Shown: positions 19,506 to 30,093, counted from the first letter of the stretch. The stretch is DNA of 64,000 bases from Thermodesulfovibrionales bacterium (GCA_963715195.1 CAVQRT010000003.1:32001-96000), one strand, 5' to 3'. Program-made: numbers and translations. The notes: generated by a model not told the origin, from the letters alone.

Positions 19506-20204
19506 ATGAGCAGGACATCATTGAAAAGAATACTCATCGCAGCAGTAATAGTGGGTATTATTGTCGTATTCAAGATTTTTAATCTTGGTGAGTATTTCAC
19601 CCTTTCGTATATAAAAGCTTCACAGCAGATATTTGAAGCCCTCTACAGCGAGCATAAACTCCTTGTTATTGGAAGTTATATGCTGATCTATATTCTTGTG
19701 ACATCACTGTCCTTGCCGGGTGCCGCCGTCATGACGCTGGCCGGAGGAGGGATGTTTGGTTTGTTGCTGGGGACCGTTATTGTTTCCTTTGCAAGCACCA
19801 TCGGGGCAACCATGGCTTGCTTTGTCTCCAGATTCATACTGCGGGACTGGTTACAGGGAAAGTTCGGCGACAAACTGAAAACGGTGAACGAAGGCATTGA
19901 GAGAGAAGGAGTTTTTTATCTGTTTACTCTTCGCCTCATTCCTGTCTTCCCATTCTGGCTTATCAACCTTCTAATGGGACTGACAAAGATGCCATTGAAG
20001 ACATTTTACCTGATTTCACAGGTGGGCATGCTTCCCGGAACCATAGTGTATGTGAATGCAGGAAAGGAGCTTGCCAAGATTGAATCTCTTTCGGGTATCC
20101 TCTCCCCCGGTCTCATCCTGTCATTTGTGCTTCTCGGACTTTTCCCGATAATAACAAAAAAATTACTCACCTTCTATAAAACGAAGAAATCAAGGAATAC
20201 TTAG
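19506..20204 (+). CDS. TVP38/TMEM64 (DedA/VTT) membrane protein
   Basis: SLSLPGAAVMTLAGG, STIGAT, LRLIPVFPFWLIN, GMLPGT. Confidence 0.9.
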   Translation: MSRTSLKRILIAAVIVGIIVVFKIFNLGEYFTLSYIKASQQIFEALYSEHKLLVIGSYMLIYILVTSLSLPGAAVMTLAGGGMFGLLLGTVIVSFASTIGATMACFVSRFILRDWLQGKFGDKLKTVNEGIEREGVFYLFTLRLIPVFPFWLINLLMGLTKMPLKTFYLISQVGMLPGTIVYVNAGKELAKIESLSGILSPGLILSFVLLGLFPIITKKLLTFYKTKKSRNT

Positions 20205-20226
20205 TTCAGTCACAAGGAGGTCGGAA

Positions 20227-21678
20227 ATGGCACAGTATGATTTTGATATAGGCATTCTCGGAGGAGGATCTGCCGGACTTACGGTTGCGTCAGGGGCTGC
20301 CCAGTTTGGGGCTAAGACCCTTCTCATCGAAAAGGAGAATCAACTTGGGGGAGATTGCCTTCACTATGGATGTGTGCCGAGCAAGACACTGATCAGGACT
20401 GCTCATATCTACCATCTTATGAAGCACGCTGAAAAATACGGTCTTCCGCGTACCGACATCATACCGGTGGATTTCCAGGTCATTGCAGGAAGAATTCAGT
20501 CGGTAATTCGCACCATACAGGCGCATGACTCGAAGGAAAGGTTTTGCAAGCTTGGGGCCAGGGTTGAATTCGGCAATGTACAATTTACGGATGAACATGC
20601 AGTTCGGTTGAATGGTGAGATGTTTTCTGCTAAGCATTGGGTTATTGCCACGGGGTCGTCTCCACTTATCCCGCCAATAGCAGGAATTGATAACACATCA
20701 TATATTACTAACAAGGAACTCTTTTCACTGAAAACCCTTCCCAAATCTATGATCGCAATCGGCGGCGGCCCTATATCAATCGAGATGGCTCAGGCGTTCA
20801 GTCGTTTGGGGACAAAGGTGACCGTAGTTGAACTTGCGAATCAGATTCTGGGGGCTGAAGACAAAGACATGGCTGAACATCTCATGAGCATCCTGATTTC
20901 AGAAGGGATAACGTTTCATCTGGGCTCTCTGCCTATCAGTACAAAAGACCTTGGCAATGAAAAAGAGATGGTTATTAAAAATGCTGAGGGCAATACCATA
21001 AGCCTGAGGGCCGAAACAATCCTTGTTGCCGTCGGAAGAAAGGCAAACCTGCAGGGCCTTGGGCTCGAAGATATATCGGTGGAAACCGACAAAAAAGGCC
21101 TGAAGATAGACGAAAGGCTCAGGACAAATCATAAGCACATCTTTGCTGCAGGAGATGCGACTGGTTCTTATCAGTTTACCCATGCAGCAGGATACGAAGG
21201 TGGTATAGTCCTCAGCAACGCTATTCTTCATCTGCCGAGAAAAGCGGATTATACCCATCTGCCGTGGTGCACCTATACAGATCCTGAACTTGCCAGCATC
21301 GGAATGAATGAAAAACGGGCTGCTGCTGCAGGCATCTCCTATTCAGTCTGGACTGAAGAATTTCGAACAAACGACCGGAGCCTTGCAGAAGGCGAAGAGA
21401 CAGGGAAAATAAAGCTTCTCCTCGATGAAAAGGAAAAGCCCCTGGGTATCCAGATACTCGGCCCTAGCGCCGGGGAACTCATCAGCGAGTGGGTTGCGGT
21501 CATAAACGGGAATGTAAAACTTTCAGTCATCGCGTCAGCTATCCATCCTTATCCTACCCTTGGTGAAATAAACAAAAAGGTCATCGGAACGTTTTTTTCC
21601 GGTAAAATCTTTTCAAAAAAAGTTAAATGGGCGTTGAAATTCTTCTTTAATCTAAAAGGAAGGGCTTGTCAGGAATAA
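20227..21678 (+). CDS. Pyridine nucleotide-disulfide oxidoreductase (lipoamide dehydrogenase/MerA-like)
   Basis: GGGSAG, GGDCLHYGCVPSK redox CxxxxC, HPYPTLGE; lacks the MerA C-terminal CC pair. Confidence 0.9.
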   Translation: MAQYDFDIGILGGGSAGLTVASGAAQFGAKTLLIEKENQLGGDCLHYGCVPSKTLIRTAHIYHLMKHAEKYGLPRTDIIPVDFQVIAGRIQSVIRTIQAHDSKERFCKLGARVEFGNVQFTDEHAVRLNGEMFSAKHWVIATGSSPLIPPIAGIDNTSYITNKELFSLKTLPKSMIAIGGGPISIEMAQAFSRLGTKVTVVELANQILGAEDKDMAEHLMSILISEGITFHLGSLPISTKDLGNEKEMVIKNAEGNTISLRAETILVAVGRKANLQGLGLEDISVETDKKGLKIDERLRTNHKHIFAAGDATGSYQFTHAAGYEGGIVLSNAILHLPRKADYTHLPWCTYTDPELASIGMNEKRAAAAGISYSVWTEEFRTNDRSLAEGEETGKIKLLLDEKEKPLGIQILGPSAGELISEWVAVINGNVKLSVIASAIHPYPTLGEINKKVIGTFFSGKIFSKKVKWALKFFFNLKGRACQE

Positions 21679-21771
21679 CGAAAGAGGTGTGTTCAGGGTT
21701 TTTCCATGGGGGGATGATATGATAAAATTGATTTTTTGTAACGGGTAGGTTGTTCTCCCGATTGCACTTAC

Positions 21772-22467
21772 ATGACGAGAAATATGAACAGAATAACAGT
21801 GGTTATGCCTGTATTGAATGAAGAAGTCGTCCTGAACGAAACGCTCTCTTCACTTCACCTTTCAGATCACGAAGAATTGATAGTTGTTGATGGAGGAAGC
21901 ACTGATAATACGGTCTCAATCGCACATACCTTTACCGATAAGGTCTATATCACCAAACGAGGGAGAGGTCATCAAATGAATTTTGGTGCGGCAAAGGCAG
22001 ATGGAGATATACTGCTTTTCCTTCATGCTGACTGTATCCTGCCTCGTGAAGGGTTCGGGTTAATCAGAACTGTGCTGCAAGATAAGGAGATATCGGCAGG
22101 CGCTTTCGACCTCAGCATTGTTCATCCTAAATTGCGTTTTCGGATAATCGAGTATGGTGCAAATCTGAGATCACGAATGACGTCGGTTCCTTATGGCGAC
22201 CAGGGTTTATTTATGAAACAGGAGGTTTTCGAGCAGTCGGGGGGATTTCCAGATATACCAATTATGGAGGATATTGAGATATCCAAAAGGCTCAAGAAGG
22301 CAGGGAAGATAGTTTTTGTAAGGCCGCCCATAAAGACATCGCCAAGGAGGTGGTTAAAAGAAGGACCGGTATTCACTACGTTGAGAGACTGGGCAATTGC
22401 GGTTTCGTTTGCGTTCTTTAAGATATCGCCACATAGACTGATAAAGTACTATGAAGATGTTCGATGA
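21772..22467 (+). CDS. GT2 glycosyltransferase, TIGR04283-like
   Basis: VVDGGSTD, GRGHQMNFGA, LFLHAD, PYGDQGLF, IPIMEDIE, TSPRRW. Confidence 0.85.
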   Translation: MTRNMNRITVVMPVLNEEVVLNETLSSLHLSDHEELIVVDGGSTDNTVSIAHTFTDKVYITKRGRGHQMNFGAAKADGDILLFLHADCILPREGFGLIRTVLQDKEISAGAFDLSIVHPKLRFRIIEYGANLRSRMTSVPYGDQGLFMKQEVFEQSGGFPDIPIMEDIEISKRLKKAGKIVFVRPPIKTSPRRWLKEGPVFTTLRDWAIAVSFAFFKISPHRLIKYYEDVR

Positions 22468-22521
22468 GAACAAACACGAGAAAACTTTGAAGATATGCAG
22501 ATATGAGATGCGGATCATAGT

Positions 22522-23247
22522 ATGAAATCCTGCTTGGTAAACCTATTTGCCCTTTCCTTTTTTCTCAGCCTTCTCGTTTTACCTCAGATTTACGCCGAGG
22601 ATGGAAATATCCTGATCCATGAAGATTTCCATAATCTTGAAAATTGGGGGCCCTTCTATTTCCCGAAGATCAAGAAACATACCCAGTACACTGTCATAGA
22701 AGAAGATCGTAAAACATATCTGAAAGCAGAAAGTAATGCATCCGCATCAGCGATAATCTATAAAAAAGAATTCAATATATATGAATATCCAAGGATGAGA
22801 TGGAAATGGAAGATAGACAACATATACCACAAAGGAAATGTAAAGGAAAAATCCGGTGATGATTATCCTGTCCGTGTCTACGTTATATTTAAATACGACC
22901 CGGACAAGGCGACTTTTGGACAGAAGATCAAATATGGCTTAGCCAAAAAAATTTACGGTGGGTATCCTCCGCATAGCAGTCTCAATTACATCTGGGCGAA
23001 CAGAACCGACGAGAAGGGGATAGTCACAAATCCTTACGCAGATGAGGCAAAGATGGTAATACTCGAGGCTGGTCCCGAAAAGATCGGTTTATGGGTACAA
23101 GAGGATGTTCATATCGTTGACGATTACAGAAAAGCATTTGGAACTGATCCCCCGGCAATTGCCGGCATTGCGGTCATGAACGATTCAGACAACACGGGAG
23201 AAAGTTCCGTTTCGTATATTGAGTATATTAATATCTTTAAAAAATAA
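22522..23247 (+). CDS. DUF3047-like exported protein
   Basis: Signal peptide; WKWKI, KSGDDYPVRVYVIF, LNYIWA, MNDSDNTG. Confidence 0.8.
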   Translation: MKSCLVNLFALSFFLSLLVLPQIYAEDGNILIHEDFHNLENWGPFYFPKIKKHTQYTVIEEDRKTYLKAESNASASAIIYKKEFNIYEYPRMRWKWKIDNIYHKGNVKEKSGDDYPVRVYVIFKYDPDKATFGQKIKYGLAKKIYGGYPPHSSLNYIWANRTDEKGIVTNPYADEAKMVILEAGPEKIGLWVQEDVHIVDDYRKAFGTDPPAIAGIAVMNDSDNTGESSVSYIEYINIFKK

Positions 23248-23275
23248 CATCGCATAAGAAAGAAATGGGAGATCA

Positions 23276-24178
23276 ATGCAACTAGGATATGTAGGTTTAG
23301 GAAAAATGGGGTTCAATATGGTCGAGCGCCTTCTCGAGAAGAAGCATGAGGTTGTTGTTTTTGACAAGAACGTAGAATCCGCAAGGAACATTTCAGTCAA
23401 GGGAGCTCATCCTGCAGATTCAATTCAGTCACTGGTATCAGCTCTGGCTCCAACTCGGCTTATCTGGATGATGGTTCCGCATCAAGCAGTCGACAGAGTA
23501 CTTCAGGAACTGCGCTCCTTCCTTCAAAGAGGTGATACCGTAATTGATGGAGGAAATTCTCCGTACAAGGAATCCATGAGGCGTTTTCAGGAATTGAATA
23601 AGAGCGGAATAGACTTCTTAGATGCCGGTGTGAGCGGCGGTCCATCAGGAGCGCGAAATGGAGCCTGTATCATGGTAGGCGGCAAAAAGGAAATTTTCAG
23701 AAGATACAAAAATCTCTTCCGGGATTTGGCGTGTAAAGGCGGGTATGCATTTATGGGAAGCCCCGGAGCTGGACATTTTGTCAAAATGGTGCATAATGGA
23801 ATCGAATATGGGATGATGCAGGCTCTGGCAGAGGGGTTTGCCGTAATGAAGGCCTCTCCTTTTAATCTGGACTTAACGAAAATAGCTAATCTTTATAACC
23901 ATAAAAGTGTTATTGAATCAAGACTGGTCGGATGGCTCCAAAAGGCATTTGCCCAACATGGTGAGAACCTGGATGACATTTCAGCGACAGTATCGCACAG
24001 CGGAGAAGGTTCATGGACAGTCGATGCTGCAAAGGAACTTGGAATCCCTGTGCCGGTAATTGAGGGCTCACTGAACTTCAGAATACAATCTCATGCTAAT
24101 CCAGGGTATACGGGACAGATTCTCTCTGCCGTGCGAAATCAATTCGGGGGGCATGAGGTATTCAGGAAATCTTCATGA
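23276..24178 (+). CDS. gnd: 6-phosphogluconate dehydrogenase (short, YqeC type)
   Basis: GLGKMG, IDGGNS, DAGVSGG, GAGHFVKMVHNGIEYG, RNQFGGH. Confidence 0.95.
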   Translation: MQLGYVGLGKMGFNMVERLLEKKHEVVVFDKNVESARNISVKGAHPADSIQSLVSALAPTRLIWMMVPHQAVDRVLQELRSFLQRGDTVIDGGNSPYKESMRRFQELNKSGIDFLDAGVSGGPSGARNGACIMVGGKKEIFRRYKNLFRDLACKGGYAFMGSPGAGHFVKMVHNGIEYGMMQALAEGFAVMKASPFNLDLTKIANLYNHKSVIESRLVGWLQKAFAQHGENLDDISATVSHSGEGSWTVDAAKELGIPVPVIEGSLNFRIQSHANPGYTGQILSAVRNQFGGHEVFRKSS

Positions 24179-24235
24179 GGATACTACTATGCATGAGAGA
24201 CAGTATTTTTCCTCAGATTGGAATGCATTAATTCA

Positions 24236-25843
24236 ATGATGAAAGATTCCAACGAACAGACAGAAAGTCAGCCACAGTTTCACACATTCGGTGCGTGTCA
24301 AATAGAAATCTTAAGATCCTTTTCTCTGATTATCTTCGGTGCCTCGGGGGATCTTGGGAAAAGAAAGCTCATGCCCGCACTCTATCATTTATTTCAAGAC
24401 GGCCTTCTCCCGGATAATTTTTTTATTTACTGCACCGACCGGATTGAAATGAATATCGAACAATATCGTGAATTAATCAAAAATGCAGTGGAGTCTGCCA
24501 TCCCGAAAGATTTTAAACCCTCCAAGTGGTTGAAATTCGCAAAAAGATTGTATTATTCGTCGTTCAATTATTCCGATCAGAATTCCTACAAAAGACATCT
24601 GAAAGAAAAGCTTCCCTCTTTGGAAAACAGACACCGTACAAACGGAAACCGCGTTTTCTACTTGGCCATACCACCATCAATTCTTGAAAGTGTCATTGTA
24701 AATCTCGGTGAAGCGGGTTTATCAGTCGAAGAGAAGGGATATTCTCATGTTGTCATCGAAAAACCATTTGGCCGAAGTTTTGAAACAGCAAGAAAGTTGA
24801 ATAAAGCCCTGACAAAGTATTTCGAAGAAAAACAGATCTTCCGAATAGACCATTATGTTGCAAAAGAGACCGTGCAGAATATGCTCATGTTCCGCTTTGC
24901 AAATTCTATCCTTGAGCCGCTCTGGAACAGAAGGTACATAGATCACATACAGATAACTGCTTCAGAAACGCTCGGCGTGGAACACAGAGCAGGTTATTAT
25001 GAAGAGTCTGGTGTCATACGGGATATGTTTCAAAGTCATATCTTTCAGCTTCTCGCTGTGACAGCCATGGAACCGCCCGTGGCATTTAAAGCAGATTTTG
25101 TCAGGGATGAAAAGATCAAGGTCTTCCGATCAATGAGGCCTTTTCCGACCGACAGGCTCCATGATGTCATCGCGGTCGGACAATACGGGAAAGGCACTAT
25201 CAATGGAAAGCCTGTTGCAGGCTACCGGGAAGAGCCGGGAGTTGCTCCAAAATCCACTACGTCTACCTTTGCGGCAATGAAGGTACTGATAGATAACTGG
25301 AGATGGAATGGGGTGCCTTTCTACCTCCGCTCAGGCAAGAGGCTCCCGGTCAGGAAAACCGAAATTTCTATACATTTCAAGCAGGTTCCGCACATGATGT
25401 TTATAAAGGTTATGGATGAATTCATTGAACCGAATGAGCTTGTGTTCAGGTTGCAGCCGGAAGAAGGTATCAGTCTCAACTTGCAAACAAAAAAACCGGG
25501 TACGAAGGTATGCCTGAATCCGGTCCAGATGGATTTTTCTTACCAGAAAGATGTATTCCTCGATGCTTACGAGTGGGTATTGCTCGACTGCATACTTGGA
25601 GATCAGATGTTATTCCTGAGGCAGGAAGGAGTCGAAGAAACATGGTCTCTGCTTACACCGGTAATCGACCAACTCGAAGCTACAACAGAAGCTACAAAGT
25701 TTCCTAACTATGCTGCCGGTTCATCCGGACCTGATGATGCGAGGGTATTGATCGAAAAGGACGGACGTGTCTGGAGAACTCTCATTGCCGAGAAACCTCC
25801 TGAACGCGTCAATATTTTCGGACCCAGAGGCCATCAGCCGTAA
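24236..25843 (+). CDS. zwf: Glucose-6-phosphate 1-dehydrogenase
   Basis: IFGASGDLGKRKL, EKPFG, RIDHY, RWNGVPFYLRSGK; exact start uncertain. Confidence 0.95.
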   Translation: MMKDSNEQTESQPQFHTFGACQIEILRSFSLIIFGASGDLGKRKLMPALYHLFQDGLLPDNFFIYCTDRIEMNIEQYRELIKNAVESAIPKDFKPSKWLKFAKRLYYSSFNYSDQNSYKRHLKEKLPSLENRHRTNGNRVFYLAIPPSILESVIVNLGEAGLSVEEKGYSHVVIEKPFGRSFETARKLNKALTKYFEEKQIFRIDHYVAKETVQNMLMFRFANSILEPLWNRRYIDHIQITASETLGVEHRAGYYEESGVIRDMFQSHIFQLLAVTAMEPPVAFKADFVRDEKIKVFRSMRPFPTDRLHDVIAVGQYGKGTINGKPVAGYREEPGVAPKSTTSTFAAMKVLIDNWRWNGVPFYLRSGKRLPVRKTEISIHFKQVPHMMFIKVMDEFIEPNELVFRLQPEEGISLNLQTKKPGTKVCLNPVQMDFSYQKDVFLDAYEWVLLDCILGDQMLFLRQEGVEETWSLLTPVIDQLEATTEATKFPNYAAGSSGPDDARVLIEKDGRVWRTLIAEKPPERVNIFGPRGHQP

Positions 25844-25930
25844 GGCCGGCGAAATATATTTTTGGGTCTCCCGGAAAAATGATGATGCATACGATTATTC
25901 TTTCAGGAGATATCGGTGTGACAAAAACCG
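25800..25930 (+). pseudogene. Fused remnants of pgl and glk N-termini
   Basis: SIFSDPEAISRKAGEI (Pgl-like start), then in another frame from ATG 25879 MMMHTIILSGDIGVTKT (glucokinase GDIGGTKT-like). Confidence 0.5.
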
Positions 25931-25970
25931 GCCAACGAAGAGAAGAATCAGCGTTTCAACAGGGAAACTG

Positions 25971-27002
25971 TTATGCAAAACGGACGCCCTTGCGTCCTCT
26001 TTCTATCTGTCCGATAATGAAAGCTGGGTATCCTGACTGATTCAGCAGCGAAACTGCTTTTCCGGCCGCCCGCGTTGAGACGATCACGACATACCCTATC
26101 CCCATGTTAAACGTCTTTTTCATCTCATCTTCAGGGACATTCCCCAATTTCCGGATAAGGCTGAAAACAGGCGGGACAGGCCATGACCCGATTTGAAGAA
26201 CAGCTCTCATATATTTTGGCAATATTCTCGGCAGGTTGCCCGGTATCCCCCCTCCGGTAATATGCGCCATTCCTTTTATCTGAATAGCATCTTTAAGGGA
26301 TTCAAAAGCCTTCACATAAATTCGCGTTGGTTTTAGCAATTCGTCCCCGAGTCTTGCACCGATCTCGGGAAGGTAAGCCGACACGTTCATCTTCTTCAAA
26401 TCGAAAAAGAGTTTTCTGACGAGCGAAAAACCATTGCTGTGGAGACCGTTTGAGGCGATGCCAATGATCGAATCACCCTCCCTTATCGAAGACCCGTCAA
26501 TAATCTTATGCCGGTCTACAACGCCAACAGCAAAACCCGAAAGATCGTATTCATCCTCTGCGTAAAAACCCGGCATTTCAGCTGTCTCACCACCGATAAG
26601 TGAGCATCCTGACTGCCTGCATCCACCCGCGATACCTTTCACAATCTGCACTGCCTGTTCAGATTTCAGTCTGCCGGTCGCAAGGTAATCGAGGAAAAAC
26701 AATGGCTCGGCACCACTCGTGAGAATATCATTCACGCACATAGCAACAAGGTCTACCCCCACGGTATCATGCTTATCCATCATAATAGCAATCTTCAGTT
26801 TTGTACCGACCCCGTCTGTCCCGCTCACGAGAACAGGGTTTTTGTACTTGCGGGTATCGAGCTTGAACAGTGCGCTGAATGAACCGATATCTGTTATAAC
26901 CTCAGGCCTGAACGTTTTCCTGGCCAGTGGAGAGAGTAGCCTGACAAACTGCTCTCCTTCATCAACATCTACACCTGACTTCTTGTAGGTAAGCTGTTTC
27001 AT
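25971..27002 (-). CDS. purM: Phosphoribosylformylglycinamidine cyclo-ligase
   Basis: YKKSGVD, GTDGVGTKL, GGETAEMPG, SNGLHSNGFS, AHITGGG, TFNMGIG. Confidence 0.97.
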   Translation of the reverse strand: MKQLTYKKSGVDVDEGEQFVRLLSPLARKTFRPEVITDIGSFSALFKLDTRKYKNPVLVSGTDGVGTKLKIAIMMDKHDTVGVDLVAMCVNDILTSGAEPLFFLDYLATGRLKSEQAVQIVKGIAGGCRQSGCSLIGGETAEMPGFYAEDEYDLSGFAVGVVDRHKIIDGSSIREGDSIIGIASNGLHSNGFSLVRKLFFDLKKMNVSAYLPEIGARLGDELLKPTRIYVKAFESLKDAIQIKGMAHITGGGIPGNLPRILPKYMRAVLQIGSWPVPPVFSLIRKLGNVPEDEMKKTFNMGIGYVVIVSTRAAGKAVSLLNQSGYPAFIIGQIERGRKGVRFA

Positions 27003-27285
27003 TTTTTCTTATCCTCTCTATCATGGTGTTCATAAAATGGACGGCAGATATCGTATTTGAGCGGATTATTTTGCCGAATGTCGAACAATATATTCAAAAA
27101 ATGAAGAGGCAGAAACCTCAGAGGTCGCGATTCATATCGAGACCGAGAATGAGCGAAAATATTGCATATGCCGGTGCAAATAAAATACATACAGAAAGCA
27201 GGTTAATAGAAAGCTCGGGTTTCTCTATTGTGCACAATCAGGATATCCAGAGCAAGTCCTGCATATATTTTGATACAATAATTAT

Positions 27286-28050
27286 ATGCCGGTCATTCTT
27301 GTTACCAATGACGACGGAGTGCATTCCCTTGGCCTCTCTTCTCTCTTTAAGGCAATGACCGCCCTTGGCGATGCATACATTATCGCACCCGACAGAGAGC
27401 GGAGCGCGGTCAGCCATTCTCTTACCATGCACAGGCCTATTAAGGCAGAACAACTGAAAGAGCGCATTTACAGCATCAACGGGACACCTACTGACTGCGT
27501 GGCTGTTGGCATCAATAAAATACTCCCAGACAGGCCAGCTTTTGTGGTTTCCGGCATCAATAATGGCGCAAATCTCGGTGATGATATCACATATTCAGGC
27601 ACTGTCTCGGCAGCGATAGAGAGCACCATCATGGGGATTCCTGCATTTGCCGTCTCCCTGGTCCTGCAGCAACAGCCGTTATCGCACCCAAATTTCGAGG
27701 CTGCAGCAAAGGTTGCTCTTAAGATAGGCACGTATATCCTGGCTCATTCCCTTCCCTACGACACGCTCCTGAATGTGAATATTCCTGATGTTTCACACGA
27801 CAATTTACGGGGAATAAAACTGACCAGGCAGGGAAAGCGCATCTATGATAATGCAATCAAGGAGACATTCGATCCCCATGGGCAGAAGCACTACTGGATC
27901 GGCGGGGGGAAACCGTATTGGGAGCATGGAGAAGACACTGATATCCATGCTGTTCAGGATCACTATGTCTCTGTCACCCCCATTCATCTTGATCTCACCA
28001 ATTACGATGCGATGCAATTTCTGAAAAACCGTTTATCGTTCAGGCTGTAA
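27286..28050 (+). CDS. surE: 5'/3'-nucleotidase SurE
   Basis: ILVTNDDG, GTPTDCV, SGINNGANLG, YSGTV, SVTPI. Confidence 0.97.
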   Translation: MPVILVTNDDGVHSLGLSSLFKAMTALGDAYIIAPDRERSAVSHSLTMHRPIKAEQLKERIYSINGTPTDCVAVGINKILPDRPAFVVSGINNGANLGDDITYSGTVSAAIESTIMGIPAFAVSLVLQQQPLSHPNFEAAAKVALKIGTYILAHSLPYDTLLNVNIPDVSHDNLRGIKLTRQGKRIYDNAIKETFDPHGQKHYWIGGGKPYWEHGEDTDIHAVQDHYVSVTPIHLDLTNYDAMQFLKNRLSFRL

Positions 28051-28055
28051 AACAG

Positions 28056-29444
28056 ATGATCAAGAAGCACTATGACATCATCATTGTTGGCTCAGGACCT
28101 TCAGGCGTCTTCGCAGCCCTCGAACTGCTGAGAAGCAGACAGGACATAAAAATCCTTCTGATCGAAAAGGGCAGGGACATTGACAAGAGAATCTGCCCGA
28201 TGAAAAAATCGGGTATTTCCTGTTCCGAGTGTCCGGAGTGTTCCCTGCTGAGCGGTTGGGGAGGTGCCGGCGCTTACAGCGACGGCAAACTTACTCTTTC
28301 TCCGCACATAGGCGGATCTCTCGTCAAGTATATCGGTAGTGATTCCCTTCAATCGATGATACGCGACGCAGACAGGACCTATGTAACATACGGAGCCCCT
28401 GATGAAGTGTACGGACCGGAAGAAGATGACATAACAACCTTGACAAAGCGCGCTGCAGAGCATGATCTCACATTTATCCCTTCAAAAATCAGGCATATCG
28501 GCACTGACCGATGCAGAACCGTGCTCAGAAACATCAAGAAATCACTCAACGGCAAGGTGGACATTTTGTTTGAGTCCGAAGCCAAGCGCGTTCTCACCGC
28601 AAAGCGGAAGGTCAAGGGCATTCTCCTTGCGACGGGAGAGAAATTCTCCGCAGAGTATCTGATTCTTGCTCCGGGGCGCGAGGGTTCCAGATGGCTTGAA
28701 CGCGAGGCACGGCGCCTGCGCCTCACCCTCCTGAAGAATCCTGTTGATATCGGGGTAAGAGTAGAAATACCGGCTGCCGTGTTTCAACCGCTTACTGACA
28801 TAACGTATGAACCGAAGCTTGTTTTCCACTCAGGAACGTTTAACGACCGGGTCAGGACTTTCTGCGTAAACCCCTATGGCGAGGTGGTGAAAGAATACCT
28901 CAAGGGAATCTGGACAGTAAACGGCCACAGTTATGCAAACAGCAAGACATCCAACACAAATTTTGCCCTCCTGGTCAGTACATTCTTTACAGAACCCTTT
29001 GACGAACCGATCCTCTACGGGAGGTATATAGCAGGTCTTGCCAACCTCCTCGGCAAGGGGGTCATCATCCAGCGTCTCGGAGACCTGCGCCGCGGCAGGC
29101 GTTCGACCACGGAGAGGATTGCCCGGGGAGGAGTACGTCCGACCCTGAAGGACGCCACGCCGGGTGATCTCAGTTTTGTATTGCCGTACCGCCATCTGTC
29201 TGATATCCTGGAGATGATTGAGGCGATTGACAAAATCGCTCCTGGAGTCAATTCCGATGATACGCTGCTCTACGGCGCAGAAGTCAAATTCTATTCAATG
29301 CTGCCAAAACTCACTGGATCCCTTGAAACCGAGATAGCCAATCTGTTCGCGGTAGGTGACGGTGCCGGGGTCAGCAGGGGACTGATACAGGCTTCAGTAT
29401 CAGGTACTATCGCGGCTCAGGCAATTATCCGGAGACTGAAATAG
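28056..29444 (+). CDS. FAD-dependent oxidoreductase (COG2509-like)
   Basis: IVGSGPSG, GWGGAGAYSDGKL, IGVRVE, VRTFCVNP, GDGAGVSRGL. Confidence 0.85.
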   Translation: MIKKHYDIIIVGSGPSGVFAALELLRSRQDIKILLIEKGRDIDKRICPMKKSGISCSECPECSLLSGWGGAGAYSDGKLTLSPHIGGSLVKYIGSDSLQSMIRDADRTYVTYGAPDEVYGPEEDDITTLTKRAAEHDLTFIPSKIRHIGTDRCRTVLRNIKKSLNGKVDILFESEAKRVLTAKRKVKGILLATGEKFSAEYLILAPGREGSRWLEREARRLRLTLLKNPVDIGVRVEIPAAVFQPLTDITYEPKLVFHSGTFNDRVRTFCVNPYGEVVKEYLKGIWTVNGHSYANSKTSNTNFALLVSTFFTEPFDEPILYGRYIAGLANLLGKGVIIQRLGDLRRGRRSTTERIARGGVRPTLKDATPGDLSFVLPYRHLSDILEMIEAIDKIAPGVNSDDTLLYGAEVKFYSMLPKLTGSLETEIANLFAVGDGAGVSRGLIQASVSGTIAAQAIIRRLK

Positions 29445-29445
29445 C

Positions 29446-30093
29446 ATGGACTTTGACGCCTTACGGGAATTCATGGTTCGAACCCAGCTTGTTCCCAGAG
29501 GGATCAGGGATGAACGGGTTCTCGATGCAATGAGAAAAGTGCCCCGTCATCTCTTTGTCGATGAATCGATGCAATACAAGGCTTACGATGATATGGCCCT
29601 TTCGATTGGTGACGGGCAGACGATTTCCCAGCCTTACATGGTTGCAGTCATGACCGAGCTCCTTGAGCTGAGGGGGAATGAAAAAGTGCTGGAAATAGGA
29701 ACTGGTTCCGGCTATCAGGCAGCAATCCTTGCTGAACTCGCAAAAGAAGTTTATTCTGTTGAAAGGCTTCCATCGCTTGCCGCTCGAGCCGAGGAGAGAT
29801 TGTATGCTATCGGTTACCGGAATGTTCATATCAAGGTCGATGACGGGACCTTAGGTTGGCCAGAGAAAACACCTTTTGACAGAATTATCATCACTGCCGG
29901 AGCTCCGAAGGTTCCGGAACCTCTGTCAGAACAACTTTCGGAAGACGGCATTTTGCTTGCTCCGGTAGGCGACCGTTTCTCACAGCAGTTGATCAAAATG
30001 ACAAGAGGTAAGGATAAGCTAACCGAAGAATTTCACACCTTCTGTGTCTTTGTGCCCCTCATCGGAAAGCACGGATGGGAAGGCGAGAAATAA
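29446..30093 (+). CDS. pcm: Protein-L-isoaspartate O-methyltransferase
   Basis: VPRHLFV, GQTISQPY, LEIGTGSGYQAA, FVPLIG. Confidence 0.97.
   Translation: MDFDALREFMVRTQLVPRGIRDERVLDAMRKVPRHLFVDESMQYKAYDDMALSIGDGQTISQPYMVAVMTELLELRGNEKVLEIGTGSGYQAAILAELAKEVYSVERLPSLAARAEERLYAIGYRNVHIKVDDGTLGWPEKTPFDRIIITAGAPKVPEPLSEQLSEDGILLAPVGDRFSQQLIKMTRGKDKLTEEFHTFCVFVPLIGKHGWEGEK

Noticed and set aside
20227..21678. Mercuric reductase merA
   Set aside because: No C-terminal Cys-Cys pair, no NmerA domain, no mer genes nearby
27023..27358. 111-aa ORF in the purM-surE intergenic region
   Set aside because: Overlaps surE out of frame, lacks RBS and motifs; likely promoter DNA
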